A stretch of DNA of 64,000 bases from Myxococcota bacterium (GCA_039028615.1 JBCCHT010000023.1:1-64000); one strand, 5' to 3'; positions 20,501-30,566 are shown, numbered from the stretch's first letter. The notes: generated by a model not told the origin, from the sequence alone. Program-made: numbers and translations.

Positions 20501-21516
20501 TGCGAACCCCTGCCGCCCTCGACGGAGCGGCTCCGGGTACGCGAGATCTGATCTTTGCGCACGGGCTGCTCGTGCAGCGCCTGCAGGGCACCGACCTGAC
20601 GCTGCACCGCCTCGAGGTCGATCCTCCGATCCACACCTACGCAGGCGTCGGCATTGCAGCCGACGACTCTGTGTGGATCTCCGGCTTCGACGACGCTCCG
20701 CCGCTCACGAACCTGGCGCGTGCCCCCGACGAGCCCCATCGCTGGAACCCCCGGCTCACGTTGCCCGGACGTGGGGGCTCCAATGTTCGGCCGCAGTTCG
20801 CCCCGCTCGACGACGATGCCTCCCGAGAAGTGGTCGCGGTCGTCGATGGCGGGCGGCTCGTGGTCGTCGACGAGCAAAGCGGCGAATGCCAGTGGTCACG
20901 CTGGATCGGCCCGGGCTTCGCCTCGTGGGGCCCGACGCTGGTCGATCTCGATGGCGACGGCCGACCCGAGATCATCACCTCGCTCACGGAGGATGCTCCC
21001 TCCGTCGGCCCGTCGTGTACCGAGGCCAGCGCTCGACCGAAGCCGTCGCGCACGCCCGGGCTCGTCGCGCTGGCGGGGGCCGACGGACGCGTCCTGTGGC
21101 GGAGCCCGGGGGCAGGCCTCGGCGCCGCGCCCATCGTGGTCACCCATGGCGACGAGCGCTGGTTGATGGGGGTCGCGAAGGATCTCGGGCTCTACTCGAT
21201 CGATCTCGACGGTGGCACGCGAATCGCCCCCGACCCGACGCTGAAGTCGTCGTTCCCGCTGAGCGTCGGGGACATCAACGGCGACGGCTGGCCCGAGGTG
21301 CTGCTCGTGGACCGGGCGGGCACGCTGCAGGTGATCGATGCGGTGACCGGCGCCCAGCAGTGGTCGTGGTCCGATCTGGGCGCGGGTGCTCTGCGTCCGC
21401 CTACGCTCGCCGACATCGACGTGCCCGCCGACGGCCGCCAGGAACTCCTCGTCTCGACCGGCAAAGGCTTCGTGCTCGCGCTCGACGGGATGTTCGTACG
21501 GCGCCTCCCGAAGTAG
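17569..21516 (+). CDS. membrane Ser/Thr kinase with PEGA-like and FG-GAP/VCBS/PQQ-like beta-propeller repeats
   Basis: HRDFKPAN, DFG, APE; TM segment; many DLDGDG repeats. Confidence 0.93.
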   Translation: MSGADLRPGDRVGRLVVLREVGRGASGVVLEAYDPRLDRNVALKLLHERLDPEREERARKRLVKEAQAMAQLSHPNVVAVHDVTTVRLGEQTHALVEMEYVPGSTLEQWLAERGGAEWREILDVLLLAGEGLAAAHATGLVHRDFKPANVLMDEGQRPKVSDFGLVRRADEVDRSSATPVSSPTALDVPLTVTGTLLGTPAYMAPELFDGLPADAKSDQFAYCVTLYEALHGVRPFTGETLAQLAHATHEHDLARPSRGRRVPGFVQRALVRGLQPDPAKRHESMAALLDALRADPGRTVRRLGVIAALGAGLTGAAMGVAPYFEPGTLDLTMEYSGQRPAGVVVMIDEERQELVADAVTVDLAPGFHRLSIEAPDYEPVSNLIFEVERGQTLTVKQPLQHEQGTVELRTFPRGAGVTIGARELGSTLDGLQVDTGAHALRVTLPGHHDARLAVDVAAKQTVAMAAYLARATVFEHFDAGLSLGRGRLGDADGDGHPDLWYRNYASLSAISPTSGERLWTRRVSKDPNAAFSIMVDLDGDGVPDPVLLGTDDGGAILRAFSGAVQSDDKPLWTFVPASDRREAPLVPPVHLETDQGSFIVATTLGTGQVTVIDAKSGAERRTEPLAPPIFGLVASRDASHPWIAVAHRGGVSLLDADGTKRWTYPIKKFDEGLAAGLNKRNRLEHIGRERRGSWMLAAPLDEHPGDDVVLVAATDPGGGPLLGLSSETKAEVLRGPRLHPFGLENAGDLDHDGTHDFIVQRSPPDLDTVHPEPGRGDLPRAVVSGRDGRQLHPLQPGQRVGRWPCGGEPAIIEYGNRPFRAWRVGDEQPIVPLPALDETVDMICTDWNGDGRDDAVISSDHHGLRAYEVVDGEVVELGGITFGRRIDDVVPLGDVDGDAMPDLLLAAKGPVVTRGSRVRWGRAYGSRIRAQPLVVDLDGDGASEVAAFTGEDSDDHLQILAAEDGRRLKAFPESGPGMRTPAALDGAAPGTRDLIFAHGLLVQRLQGTDLTLHRLEVDPPIHTYAGVGIAADDSVWISGFDDAPPLTNLARAPDEPHRWNPRLTLPGRGGSNVRPQFAPLDDDASREVVAVVDGGRLVVVDEQSGECQWSRWIGPGFASWGPTLVDLDGDGRPEIITSLTEDAPSVGPSCTEASARPKPSRTPGLVALAGADGRVLWRSPGAGLGAAPIVVTHGDERWLMGVAKDLGLYSIDLDGGTRIAPDPTLKSSFPLSVGDINGDGWPEVLLVDRAGTLQVIDAVTGAQQWSWSDLGAGALRPPTLADIDVPADGRQELLVSTGKGFVLALDGMFVRRLPK

Positions 21517-21522
21517 CTCGGC

Positions 21523-23436
21523 TCACATCACGTGACCGTCGACGCGGAGCTGAAACAAGAAGTAGGGCGGCAGACAGGCACCGCCTTCGTCCTCGGGCGC
21601 ATCGAAGGGCGAGCGCGCACAGATGTAATCGTCGCGGCAAGGATTGTCGGCATCACAGGCTCGCATCCCCGCCGGCCTCGCGTTCTCCTCGACGCAGACG
21701 GGGAAGGGCCGACGCTGCCCCACGCACAGGTTGAAGGGTCGCAGCGACACGATGGCCCCGCAGGTCTCGCCCGCCTGGACCTCCGAACAGCTCGTGGTGC
21801 ACATGCCCTCGGGAAATCCGACCGAGTTGCCGTTGCACACCATGTCGTCTCGGCAAGCGCTCGACGTCGCCCCGGCGGCGCGATCACGATGGGGGTCGGC
21901 GTTCGCTCGCACCGTGCCCACCTCACAGGGATCTCCCGCCCCCGCCGGCTCGTCCATCACACAGGTGCCCAGCTGCGGGTCACCCAAGTCGCGACAGCGC
22001 AGCCCGTCGGCGCAGGTCCACGCGGCGAACCCCGCATCGCCCAGGCTACAGTGGCTGCCGTACCCGCCCTGATTGGCGTCGTGCTCGGACAGCGGTCGCG
22101 CCGCTTCGCCCGGCTGCCCCGACGCCAACGCCACGAGGTACGCCTCCCGCCGCTGCAGGTCACCGCCCAAGTGTGGTGAGATGGGCACGGCCACGGCATC
22201 GAGCTCCCGCCCCTGTGGCTCTGCGCCCACGATGTGAAAGCCCGCCACGCTGCGGCTCTCGTGACACCCACCGCAGGTCAGCCCGTCGAGGCGTCGGATC
22301 ATGGCTGCGGGCGACTTCGCGTGCTGAAGCTTCGAGTAGTCGATGCCTTGCAGATCGGCTTCGCTCAGGAACTGTGCGTAGGGGCGATTGCCGAGCCGGG
22401 CGAAGCCCCGCGGGGTCACCGAGAGCCCGCGTCGAGCGAGGAAGCGATCGGGGATCACCGCGACCCCATCGTCGAGCGCAGCTGCGTTGGCCGGGTCGTT
22501 CAGCCAGGCGACCAGCTCCGCCTTGAGCCGCGGGTTGCGACGCAGGCGCTCCGCATCGGGCGTGTTCTCGAGGCCCACCGAGACGAAGCGATCGCCCTGC
22601 CGATGGAACACGCGCAGCAGATACTCGGCGTGCCCCGCCATCCGGGGACGCACCGCCGAAGGCCAGCGCACGCTCTGCAGGTTGACCTCGACCGCCTCCA
22701 GCTGTGAAGCGCCCAACCGCGATGCCGCCAAGGGCCCCTCATCCCGACGCAACCATTCGGCCTGCGCCTTTACATCGAGCCCCTCCGGCATCATCCAGCG
22801 GTTGGCGACGTCCTGGCAGTCCTCGCCGTCCTGCCACAGCACCACGTTGAAGGTCATCGGCAGCCGCGACTCCACGTCGCCCTGGGGCAGGCTCGCCTCG
22901 TAGGCCAAGCGATAGATGAGCCGGGTCTCCCCGCAGTGCTCGGGCGCAAAGGGGTGGCGATCGATGCGATTGACCACCGCCACCAAGTCGAGCCGGACGT
23001 TGTCTCGATTCAGCCAGCGACGATCGAACTGCCGATGCGGGTGACTGGTGCCCACGCCCGCCTTGGGATCGTCACGGGCATCTCGGCGAAGGTCGGCCGC
23101 GATCGCGGTACCGATGCTGCGAAACGCGGGGTCGGCCGACAGCTCGGCGGTGCTCTTCGCCTCCATGCCCAAGACCACCTGCCCGAAGGACAGGCCCGGC
23201 ATCGCCGCCAGCGTGGGTCCATCGGTGATGAGGGTTACGGGCTCCCGCGGTGGGGCCACGGGTTCGGCCGCCGGCTCGGGCTCCGCCGCGGTTTCCTTCT
23301 TCGTGGCGACTTCGGCTGCGGCCGGTTCCTCCTCCGCCTTTGCTTCCACGGCCACCGCAGGCGTTCCCGTCTCGGGCTCCGCCGCCGGGGGGTGACACGC
23401 GAACAACACCAGAGGAAACAAACGCTTGGCCACCAC
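21523..23436 (-). CDS. lipoprotein with one CxxCH heme-c motif and Cys-rich C-terminus
   Basis: LVLFAC lipobox; LTCGGCHESRS; many C-terminal Cys; start approximate. Confidence 0.7.
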   Translation of the reverse strand: MVAKRLFPLVLFACHPPAAEPETGTPAVAVEAKAEEEPAAAEVATKKETAAEPEPAAEPVAPPREPVTLITDGPTLAAMPGLSFGQVVLGMEAKSTAELSADPAFRSIGTAIAADLRRDARDDPKAGVGTSHPHRQFDRRWLNRDNVRLDLVAVVNRIDRHPFAPEHCGETRLIYRLAYEASLPQGDVESRLPMTFNVVLWQDGEDCQDVANRWMMPEGLDVKAQAEWLRRDEGPLAASRLGASQLEAVEVNLQSVRWPSAVRPRMAGHAEYLLRVFHRQGDRFVSVGLENTPDAERLRRNPRLKAELVAWLNDPANAAALDDGVAVIPDRFLARRGLSVTPRGFARLGNRPYAQFLSEADLQGIDYSKLQHAKSPAAMIRRLDGLTCGGCHESRSVAGFHIVGAEPQGRELDAVAVPISPHLGGDLQRREAYLVALASGQPGEAARPLSEHDANQGGYGSHCSLGDAGFAAWTCADGLRCRDLGDPQLGTCVMDEPAGAGDPCEVGTVRANADPHRDRAAGATSSACRDDMVCNGNSVGFPEGMCTTSCSEVQAGETCGAIVSLRPFNLCVGQRRPFPVCVEENARPAGMRACDADNPCRDDYICARSPFDAPEDEGGACLPPYFLFQLRVDGHVM

Positions 23437-23521
23437 GAGACATCGTGACAGACCACGCCGCCGAGTGTCGAGCCTCGAGGCACGCGGGTTCGCCCGACGA
23501 AGCGGCCCGTGGTAAGCGACA

Positions 23522-24853
23522 GTGGTGGCGAGTCGGGGGCACGGACGCAAGCTGCTCCGCGATACGTGGAGACTGCTGCGAGACCCGCTGCCCTACTACG
23601 ACGAGGTTCGACGGCAACGAGGCGACTTCGCCGAGCTGTCGTTGGGACCTCGGCCCGCGCGGCTCGTCAGTGACCCGGCCGCGGTGGCGGAGATCTTGCG
23701 TCGGGACGTCGACGAGTTTCGAAAGGGCTACGGCAACGACGCGCTCGCCCCCCTCATCGCGGGCTCGGTGTTCCTCGCCGAGGGAGAGGCGTGGAAGCGC
23801 CAGCGACCGATCATGGTGGCCGCGCTGCGTCGCCGGGTGCTCGCGGAGCGCCTGCCCATCGTCGCGACGTGCGTCGACGCCATGCTCGATCGATGGTTCG
23901 CCGAAGGCACCCGGGCCGAGGTGAACCTGGCCGACGAGATCCGCGAGTCGAGCACGAGCATCGCCAGCCGGGCCCTGCTCGGCTCGCCGCGCTTCGACGA
24001 AGACCCCAGCCTGCGCGCGGACCTCGATGCCGTATGGCGAGAGATCTACCGACGCCTCGTCCATCCCCTGTCCGCGCGCCTGTCGGGCTCGCGTCGCCGC
24101 GCATACGAACAAGCACTGCGGCGCGTGTTCGAGGCGGCGCGTGCCTGCGTCGAGCACGGCGCAACCCAAGACGAACCTCACCCTTCGCCGCTCGCCGTGC
24201 TGCTCGAGTCCGCCGACCTGTCCGACGAGGAGGCACTCGCCGAGGCCATGATGCTCATCGTGACCGGCCAGGAGTGTGTCGCGATCGCCACGACCTGGGC
24301 ATTGGTGCTGCTGGCTCAGCACGCCCCAGCTCGTGCGCGCGTGCGCGAGGAATTCGACGTGGCCGCGGCAGGTGAGCACGCCGTGGGCACCGTGGGCTGG
24401 GTCGAATCGCTGACCTACACCCGGGCGGCCGTCGACGAGGCGATGCGCCTGTATCCGCCCGCGTGGATGTTCTCGCGCCGCAGCGAGCGACCGATCGAGC
24501 TCGAAGGGGCCACGATCGGCGAGGACGAAGAAGTGCTCATCTGCCCGCACGTGACGCACCGCGACGAGGGGCGATGGACGGAGCCGAAGCGCTTCGACCC
24601 GACGCGATTCCTGCCCAAAGGCGAAGGGCGAACGACGGCCCGGCGGAGCTACTTGCCCTTCGGTTCGGGGCCGCGAACCTGTGCGGGCATCGTGTGGGCG
24701 AGGTGGCAAGCGGTGGCCACGGTGGCGCTCGTGGTGGGCCGGGCCGATCTCGACGTCCCCCATGACGCCCGCCCCCCGCGACGGCCCGGCCTCACCCTGC
24801 GCCCCGAGGGACCCCTGCCCTCGATCGTACGAGCGCTCCCCCCTCGACCTTGA
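23522..24853 (+). CDS. cytochrome P450
   Basis: EAMRLYPP (ExxR), FDPTRF, heme motif PFGSGPRTCAG. Confidence 0.93.
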   Translation: MVASRGHGRKLLRDTWRLLRDPLPYYDEVRRQRGDFAELSLGPRPARLVSDPAAVAEILRRDVDEFRKGYGNDALAPLIAGSVFLAEGEAWKRQRPIMVAALRRRVLAERLPIVATCVDAMLDRWFAEGTRAEVNLADEIRESSTSIASRALLGSPRFDEDPSLRADLDAVWREIYRRLVHPLSARLSGSRRRAYEQALRRVFEAARACVEHGATQDEPHPSPLAVLLESADLSDEEALAEAMMLIVTGQECVAIATTWALVLLAQHAPARARVREEFDVAAAGEHAVGTVGWVESLTYTRAAVDEAMRLYPPAWMFSRRSERPIELEGATIGEDEEVLICPHVTHRDEGRWTEPKRFDPTRFLPKGEGRTTARRSYLPFGSGPRTCAGIVWARWQAVATVALVVGRADLDVPHDARPPRRPGLTLRPEGPLPSIVRALPPRP

Positions 24854-24863
24854 ACGAGCATGC

Positions 24864-26036
24864 TCAGCCTTCACACGAGGTCAACGCCAAGACGGCATAG
24901 GCCGCCGCGGCATCCCGCATGTGCAGGTGACTGCGCTTGCGATCGCGGTTGAGCGACCACGCCGGCCACGAGCCGTCCTCGTTCTGGTGCTCGCGAAGCC
25001 ACCGTAGACCCCGGGCCGCCGCCCGAGCGCCGTCGGGCTGTGAGCACAGCACGAACGTGGCCAAGCCGGTCGCATAGCCATCGGGCTTGCGCACCCGACG
25101 AGCCATGCGACCCGGCTCGACCAGATCACGCAGCGCCCATCCCCCGTCGTCGCGCTGCGCATCGATCAGCTGCCCGACGATCCGCCCCCGTGCGGCCTCG
25201 GGCACCCAATCGTCCAGGTGTCGACCCGCCCACAACGCCCCCGCGGCATCGTGCAGGCTCATCGGGTCGCGCTCGTCGGCGATGCGCCCTTGGAGATAGC
25301 CGCGCAAGCCATCGATCGGCGCGGCGTGGCGCGCCCCGTACTGCTGTCCTGCGGCTCCGACCGCCAACGCGCCCAGCACCGCCCCCCAGTCGTCGTTCCC
25401 TGCTTCCCAGGGCTGGAACGAGAAATCGAGCCAGTCCCACGCCCCGTCGCCTCGTTGCACCTCCCACATGCGATCGAGCGCAGCCAAGGTCTGCGCGGTG
25501 GGTTCGCGCCCCATCGCCCGATCGGACAGCGCCAAGGCACTGGCGTTGAGCACCGCCTCCGTCGCGAGGGACCGCGTCCAGGTGCGCCCGCCCTCCCGAC
25601 CGTAGAAGCCGACCTGTGCGGACCATGGGCCCTCCTGCTCGACACGCTCGACGAGGCGACGGCGTGCTTCGGCGAGCAACTCGTGATCGCCCAGGCCCGG
25701 CCGCACGAACATATAAGGATGCGTGGTGTGACACGACATCGCGCACGGGAAGTGGTTTCGGACCTTGGGCGGATCGTCGAGCCACGACCGCGTGCGCTCG
25801 TCGAGATAGGTCGTGGCCAATGGTTGCCACGAAGGCGTGACCGACTCGACATGTTCGGGCGGTGCCGCGACCGCAGCGCTGTGATCGAACGTCGGCGTCG
25901 ATGGCTGTGGCTCTGAATAGAGTTTGGGTTTCACGGTGACGCTCGAATCCTCTGCGACGACCGGAGACACCGTCGGCTCCCCCGCTGCACACGCCAACGC
26001 TCCAACCATGACCAACACACCGAGACGCTTCACCAT
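24864..26036 (-). CDS. prenyltransferase/squalene-cyclase repeat (QW-repeat) lipoprotein
   Basis: QRGDGAW, QRDDGGW and QNEDGSW repeats; CAMSCHT motif; lipobox ALAC. Confidence 0.75.
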   Translation of the reverse strand: MVKRLGVLVMVGALACAAGEPTVSPVVAEDSSVTVKPKLYSEPQPSTPTFDHSAAVAAPPEHVESVTPSWQPLATTYLDERTRSWLDDPPKVRNHFPCAMSCHTTHPYMFVRPGLGDHELLAEARRRLVERVEQEGPWSAQVGFYGREGGRTWTRSLATEAVLNASALALSDRAMGREPTAQTLAALDRMWEVQRGDGAWDWLDFSFQPWEAGNDDWGAVLGALAVGAAGQQYGARHAAPIDGLRGYLQGRIADERDPMSLHDAAGALWAGRHLDDWVPEAARGRIVGQLIDAQRDDGGWALRDLVEPGRMARRVRKPDGYATGLATFVLCSQPDGARAAARGLRWLREHQNEDGSWPAWSLNRDRKRSHLHMRDAAAAYAVLALTSCEG

Positions 26037-26394
26037 CACAGACCCAGTCGTTTCGACGATCGAACGCCGAACTCGGTCTGAAGAAAATGCCCATAGAGTG
26101 CAGATATCGAGCGGTAACCGGCGAAGTACGATTGGTTTCAACGACCGTCCACCCATGCCCGGCACCCAGTGTCACGACCGCAAGGGATGGCTACAGTAGC
26201 CGCCACCTCGCCCTCAATTGAACGTCGGGCCAACGTTCGTGGGCTACGTCTCCACCACGGACGACGTGCGCATTGAAGTCGTTCGCACGTCTTCCCCTGC
26301 CGTGATGCGGGCTGCTACAGGCGCGCCCTCTTTCACGGGCACCCGCGCCTCATCGGTGTCGACGCCCGCCAACCCGAGACGGAAACGTACCGCG

Positions 26395-27243
26395 ATGAAC
26401 GAATATCGAATCACCCGCCATCCCATCACGATGGTCTTCGCAGTGTTGTTCGCCCTGATGTCCTGGACGAACGAAGCCCACGCGGCCGAGTGCACGGTCG
26501 AGCTCCCCGCCGAAGACCATGACCGCCTGGTCGAGCTGTCGGACACCGCCGAGCTGGGCGGTATCGAAGACGTTCGGGACCGCGTCGGGGAGATCGCCGA
26601 CATCTTCGCGAGCAACGACGACCCGCGCGGTCTGTTCCCCGTGGTCTATGCGCCCATCACCGCCCGGGCCGTGGAATCGGTCGAGCAAGGCGTCTATGGC
26701 GACGAGGTCTGGGCATCAGCGATCATCATCGAGTTCGCCCGGCCCTACTTCGACGCGCTGAACCTGCACCTCACGGGCGGAAACCCGGCCCCCGAGTGGC
26801 AGCACTACTACGAGCGCGCCACCGACTGTGACGGCTCGTGGCTCCGCGCCGCGGCCACCGGGATCAACACCCACCTCACGGTGGATCTGGCCCGCACCGT
26901 CGCGCTCGTGGACACGCCCGCGTCCTATCAGGCCGACTTCGACCTCTACGGCGAGATCCTCGTCGAGGTCGAGCCGCAGATCATCGACAACCTCTGGAAC
27001 GACTACGGCGTCGACGCAGAGGATTTCTTCGGCGGCTTCTTCTTCGGCGACTTCGTCGACGGAGCCCACGGCGACGGCACGCTCACCAGCTTCGTGTTCC
27101 AGGCCGTCCGCGGCAACGCGTGGCGCAACGGTCAGCTGCTGCGCAACTGGTTCACCCGCGGCTGGGGCAACCACGGCATCGCCACGACCCGTGCGAAGTT
27201 CGAGCTCGCCCTGGGCTCGCTGGAAGCCCTGGGCGCGATCTGA
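26395..27243 (+). CDS. secreted DUF5995-like protein
   Basis: Signal peptide ending AHA; F..VY..IT, FARPYFDA, GINTHLTVDL motifs. Confidence 0.7.
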   Translation: MNEYRITRHPITMVFAVLFALMSWTNEAHAAECTVELPAEDHDRLVELSDTAELGGIEDVRDRVGEIADIFASNDDPRGLFPVVYAPITARAVESVEQGVYGDEVWASAIIIEFARPYFDALNLHLTGGNPAPEWQHYYERATDCDGSWLRAAATGINTHLTVDLARTVALVDTPASYQADFDLYGEILVEVEPQIIDNLWNDYGVDAEDFFGGFFFGDFVDGAHGDGTLTSFVFQAVRGNAWRNGQLLRNWFTRGWGNHGIATTRAKFELALGSLEALGAI

Positions 27244-27249
27244 GGGCGT

Positions 27250-28290
27250 CTACCCGGGAGGAACGTCCGCCCCGGGTATGCCCACGTCCACGCTCACCAC
27301 GGTGCCCGGATTCCCGATGGCGTACAGGTTCGTGGGCGAAAACCCGTCGCCCTTGCCGAACTGCACGCCATAGATGGGCGACGGGACCCCGACCAACACG
27401 ACCGGTTCGCCCACGGGCTGACCGGTCTCGTCGATCTCGAGCCGCATCAGCTCGTTGTCGCGGGTGTCCGCCGTGTACAGGTTGCCGCACTGGTCGAGCG
27501 CCAGGCCCTGCAGGAACCCATCGGCGCTCAGGACGATCTCGAACTCGACCGGGTTGCCCGCGGGGTCGATCTCGATGCGCCGCAGCTGCCCGTACTCGGA
27601 CGCGGTGTACCAGAGCATCGATCGCGCTTCGTCGAACACGATGCCGCCCCCCGCCCCGGCCTCGGACCCCGCGATGATCAGGGTGACGGTGCCGTCGGGC
27701 TCCACCCGGAAGATCGACGCCTGCCCCGGATCGGTGAACCAGACGCGATCTTGCAGGTCGACGTACATCCCGTTGGGCATGGTGAGACCGGTGGCGATGT
27801 CGACGGGGCTCCCGCCCGCGGACACTCGGGTCAGCACCTGGTCCATCCACCGCGCGATGACGACGTCACCGTTGCTCATCATGCGCAGCCCAAACGAAGG
27901 GCCGGGCACGGTGGCGAAGGTCGACATCTGCCCTCCCGCGTCCATGGCCACGATGTCGTCGCCCTGCTTGGCCAGCATGTTGCCCGCCCCGTCGAACACG
28001 AGGTCTTCGCTCTGGGCGAACGCGTCGGTGACCATCTCGAAGGCCAGCGGCGGCTCGGGCAGCGAGCAGTCGAGCTCGCCCGTCGTGGCGTCGCCCGAGC
28101 TACTCGAGTCGGCGGGCCCGGTGTCCTCGGTCGCAGGTGTCTCGGGCCCCGTGCTCTGAACCGAAGCGCCGTCGCTCGCCGCGGTCGTGGCCGTGTCGCC
28201 GGCCCCGTCGTCCCCGTCCCCCGTCGAGTCGCCGCACGCCACCAATACGACCAACACCACGCTCCACGACCACCGCCCCATGGAGGCCAT
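27250..28290 (-). CDS. SMP-30/gluconolactonase-like beta-propeller lipoprotein
   Basis: Lipobox LVAC; SEDLVFD, PNGMYVD, GLALDQCGNLY. Confidence 0.8.
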   Translation of the reverse strand: MASMGRWSWSVVLVVLVACGDSTGDGDDGAGDTATTAASDGASVQSTGPETPATEDTGPADSSSSGDATTGELDCSLPEPPLAFEMVTDAFAQSEDLVFDGAGNMLAKQGDDIVAMDAGGQMSTFATVPGPSFGLRMMSNGDVVIARWMDQVLTRVSAGGSPVDIATGLTMPNGMYVDLQDRVWFTDPGQASIFRVEPDGTVTLIIAGSEAGAGGGIVFDEARSMLWYTASEYGQLRRIEIDPAGNPVEFEIVLSADGFLQGLALDQCGNLYTADTRDNELMRLEIDETGQPVGEPVVLVGVPSPIYGVQFGKGDGFSPTNLYAIGNPGTVVSVDVGIPGADVPPG

Positions 28291-28356
28291 CGTAGCCCGT
28301 GTCGGACGCCCGGTGGGGCCCACTTCCGTCCCCTCGCTTCGGGGCCCTTCGGGGGC

Positions 28357-29481
28357 TCAGCCCCTCCCGCTTCGATCGACCCCGACGTTGAGCAGCGGCA
28401 TGAACTTCGCACCGCCTTGCAGCGCGAAGTTGAGCAAGCCCAGCTGCACCCCCCGCAGACGGCCCGTGACGTTGATGAACCCCACCTGCACGCCGTTCAT
28501 CGCCCCTGCGTAGTTGTGCAGACCTCCGAGCTGCAGGCCGTCGTGATGACCGAGGGTGACGTTGATCGGGGCCAGCTGGGCTCCGGTCACGGTCCAGGCC
28601 GCGTTGGCCAGTCCTGCGATCTGCACCCCATCGAGTTGGTCCGCCCGAGCGAAGATCCCCGTCAACTGGGCCCCGACGTGCGTGCCCGAGTAGGTGGCCA
28701 GACCACCGACTTGGACCCCCTTCATCCCCGGCCACCCGTGGCCATCGAAGTCCACGCTCACGGCGATGCCGGCCGATGCCTGCAGGCCCCGCAGGTACCA
28801 GGCCTGCGCGAGCACACCACCGAGCTGGACGCCCAAAAGCTCGTCGGTCCGCGCGACGACCCCTCCGAGCTCGACCCCGTGCATCGTCTCGGTACGAGCG
28901 ACGACTCCTCCCGCCAGCATCCCGTACGCCCACTCCGAGCGAGCACGGAGCCCTCCCACCTGCACCCCCACCAGTAGCTCGCTTCGAGCGCTGATACCCG
29001 CCAGTTGGGCGCCGAGCAGCTCGTCCGCGCGCGCGACCACGGCCCCGAGCTGAGCCCCCGCGATCCCGATGAGCCCGCCCTCGTCGGAGCCGATCGGCGG
29101 CCCCGAGAGGGTGGCAAGACCGATCTGGAGTCCGAAGTAGTCCTCGACGTGGGCCACCGCCGCGACTTGCAGGCCGACGCCGTAGACCGTGTTGTGGGCA
29201 TAGCCGCCGACCATCACGCCGTCGTGACTGCGAAACTCCGCGTGCGGAAGAGCCAGCGCCAAGAAACCACCGAAGGGATGGCAGGGGCGCGGCCAGGTCC
29301 GCTTCGGCCCCAGGGACAAGCTCACGGGCGTAAACCTCCAGCCCTCGTCTCCGCGGCAGCGCGCGGGTGTGCTCGCTTCGGCGTCGCTCGACTCGGCCTT
29401 CTCACTCGCCGCGGCGAGCGACGGCCACGCCGACATCGCCAGACCGAGTCCGGCGAGAAGCAAACGAACGAAGGGAGCCAT
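28357..29481 (-). CDS. LA_2272-like surface repeat protein (GxQ repeats)
   Basis: About 15-aa repeats G[VAL]Q[LIV]xG..; C-terminal GVQLGLLN..FMPLLN. Confidence 0.75.
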   Translation of the reverse strand: MAPFVRLLLAGLGLAMSAWPSLAAASEKAESSDAEASTPARCRGDEGWRFTPVSLSLGPKRTWPRPCHPFGGFLALALPHAEFRSHDGVMVGGYAHNTVYGVGLQVAAVAHVEDYFGLQIGLATLSGPPIGSDEGGLIGIAGAQLGAVVARADELLGAQLAGISARSELLVGVQVGGLRARSEWAYGMLAGGVVARTETMHGVELGGVVARTDELLGVQLGGVLAQAWYLRGLQASAGIAVSVDFDGHGWPGMKGVQVGGLATYSGTHVGAQLTGIFARADQLDGVQIAGLANAAWTVTGAQLAPINVTLGHHDGLQLGGLHNYAGAMNGVQVGFINVTGRLRGVQLGLLNFALQGGAKFMPLLNVGVDRSGRG

Positions 29482-29570
29482 GGCTCCCTCGCTCAACTGA
29501 ACGCGAAGCGATTGGTTTCACTCGATCGAAGGCATCGGCCCCCGATTCGCGGGAAAACCATCCCACGCCG

Positions 29571-30437
29571 TCAGCCCACTCGCTCGTCGTGGAACGCGAG
29601 GAAGGCCTCGGTGACCTCCTCGGTCTGCTCGACGTGCGGATAGTGCCCCGCTCGATCGAGCATGACCACGTCGGGCTCGGGTACGACATCGCGGTACCGC
29701 TGCGCCGCGTGTCGCCCCGAGACCGGGTCGAGCGCTCCGTTGATGAACCGCAGCGGGATCGAAGACTCCTGCAGCGGCCCCACCCATCGCTGGCGATGGA
29801 CCCGTCGTTCCTCCATGTAGCGGATCAAGGGCGGCAGCATCTGGCGGCCGCCCTTGCCGACCAACAGATCCCACGACCCGCGCAGGAAGGCTTCGCTCGG
29901 CGGAAACTCGTCGCTGAAGACCTGGGCCAGGTTGCGCCGAAACAGCCGCTCCGAGCTGAGACCGGCGACCACGGGCCCCAGCGGCGACGCCAACAGCCGC
30001 TGAATGAAGCGAGGCCGATGCGTCTCGGGAAAGAGCCCGCCATTGAGGAACACGCACGACTGCCACTGCACCTTGGCCGTCCCCGCCTTCTGGCGAGCCA
30101 GCAGCTCCTGCGCCACCGTGTCCCCCAGGTCGTGCGCCAGGATGTGCGCGCGCTCGATGTCCTGCTCGAGCAACAACCCCTCGAGGACCGTCGCCTGAAG
30201 ACCGACCGGCAGCGCACGCCCGCGAGGCTTGGCGCTGCGCCCCAGACCGATGAGATCCGACGCCACCACATCGAAGCGAGCGGTCAGTGCGGGCCACATT
30301 GGCTCGTAGTCCCACGACGACGTCGGGAAGCCGTGAATGCACAAAAGTGCCTCGCCGGACCCGGCCCGTCGAAAGAACACCTCGAGCCCCTCGATGGTCG
30401 TGGTCGACCCCTTCGCGTACCAGCTGTCCACCGTCAT
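29571..30437 (-). CDS. alpha/beta hydrolase (epoxide hydrolase/MEST-like)
   Basis: HGFPTSSWD, AHDLG, GHYPHVE. Confidence 0.92.
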   Translation of the reverse strand: MTVDSWYAKGSTTTIEGLEVFFRRAGSGEALLCIHGFPTSSWDYEPMWPALTARFDVVASDLIGLGRSAKPRGRALPVGLQATVLEGLLLEQDIERAHILAHDLGDTVAQELLARQKAGTAKVQWQSCVFLNGGLFPETHRPRFIQRLLASPLGPVVAGLSSERLFRRNLAQVFSDEFPPSEAFLRGSWDLLVGKGGRQMLPPLIRYMEERRVHRQRWVGPLQESSIPLRFINGALDPVSGRHAAQRYRDVVPEPDVVMLDRAGHYPHVEQTEEVTEAFLAFHDERVG

Positions 30438-30566
30438 CGAATCGGCCCGAAGTATCCCTCTGCGATCGCCCAGCCATCAAGCGCAGATCGTTGGGGTCAC
30501 GCGGACTCACGCGACCGCAACGTAAGAAACGCGGGGCTCGACACCACAGGGTAGCGGAGAACCCCC

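Noticed and set aside
24864..26036. True squalene-hopene cyclase or hopanoid cluster
   Set aside because: About 390 aa, single domain, exported, no DxDD motif and no hpn genes nearby.
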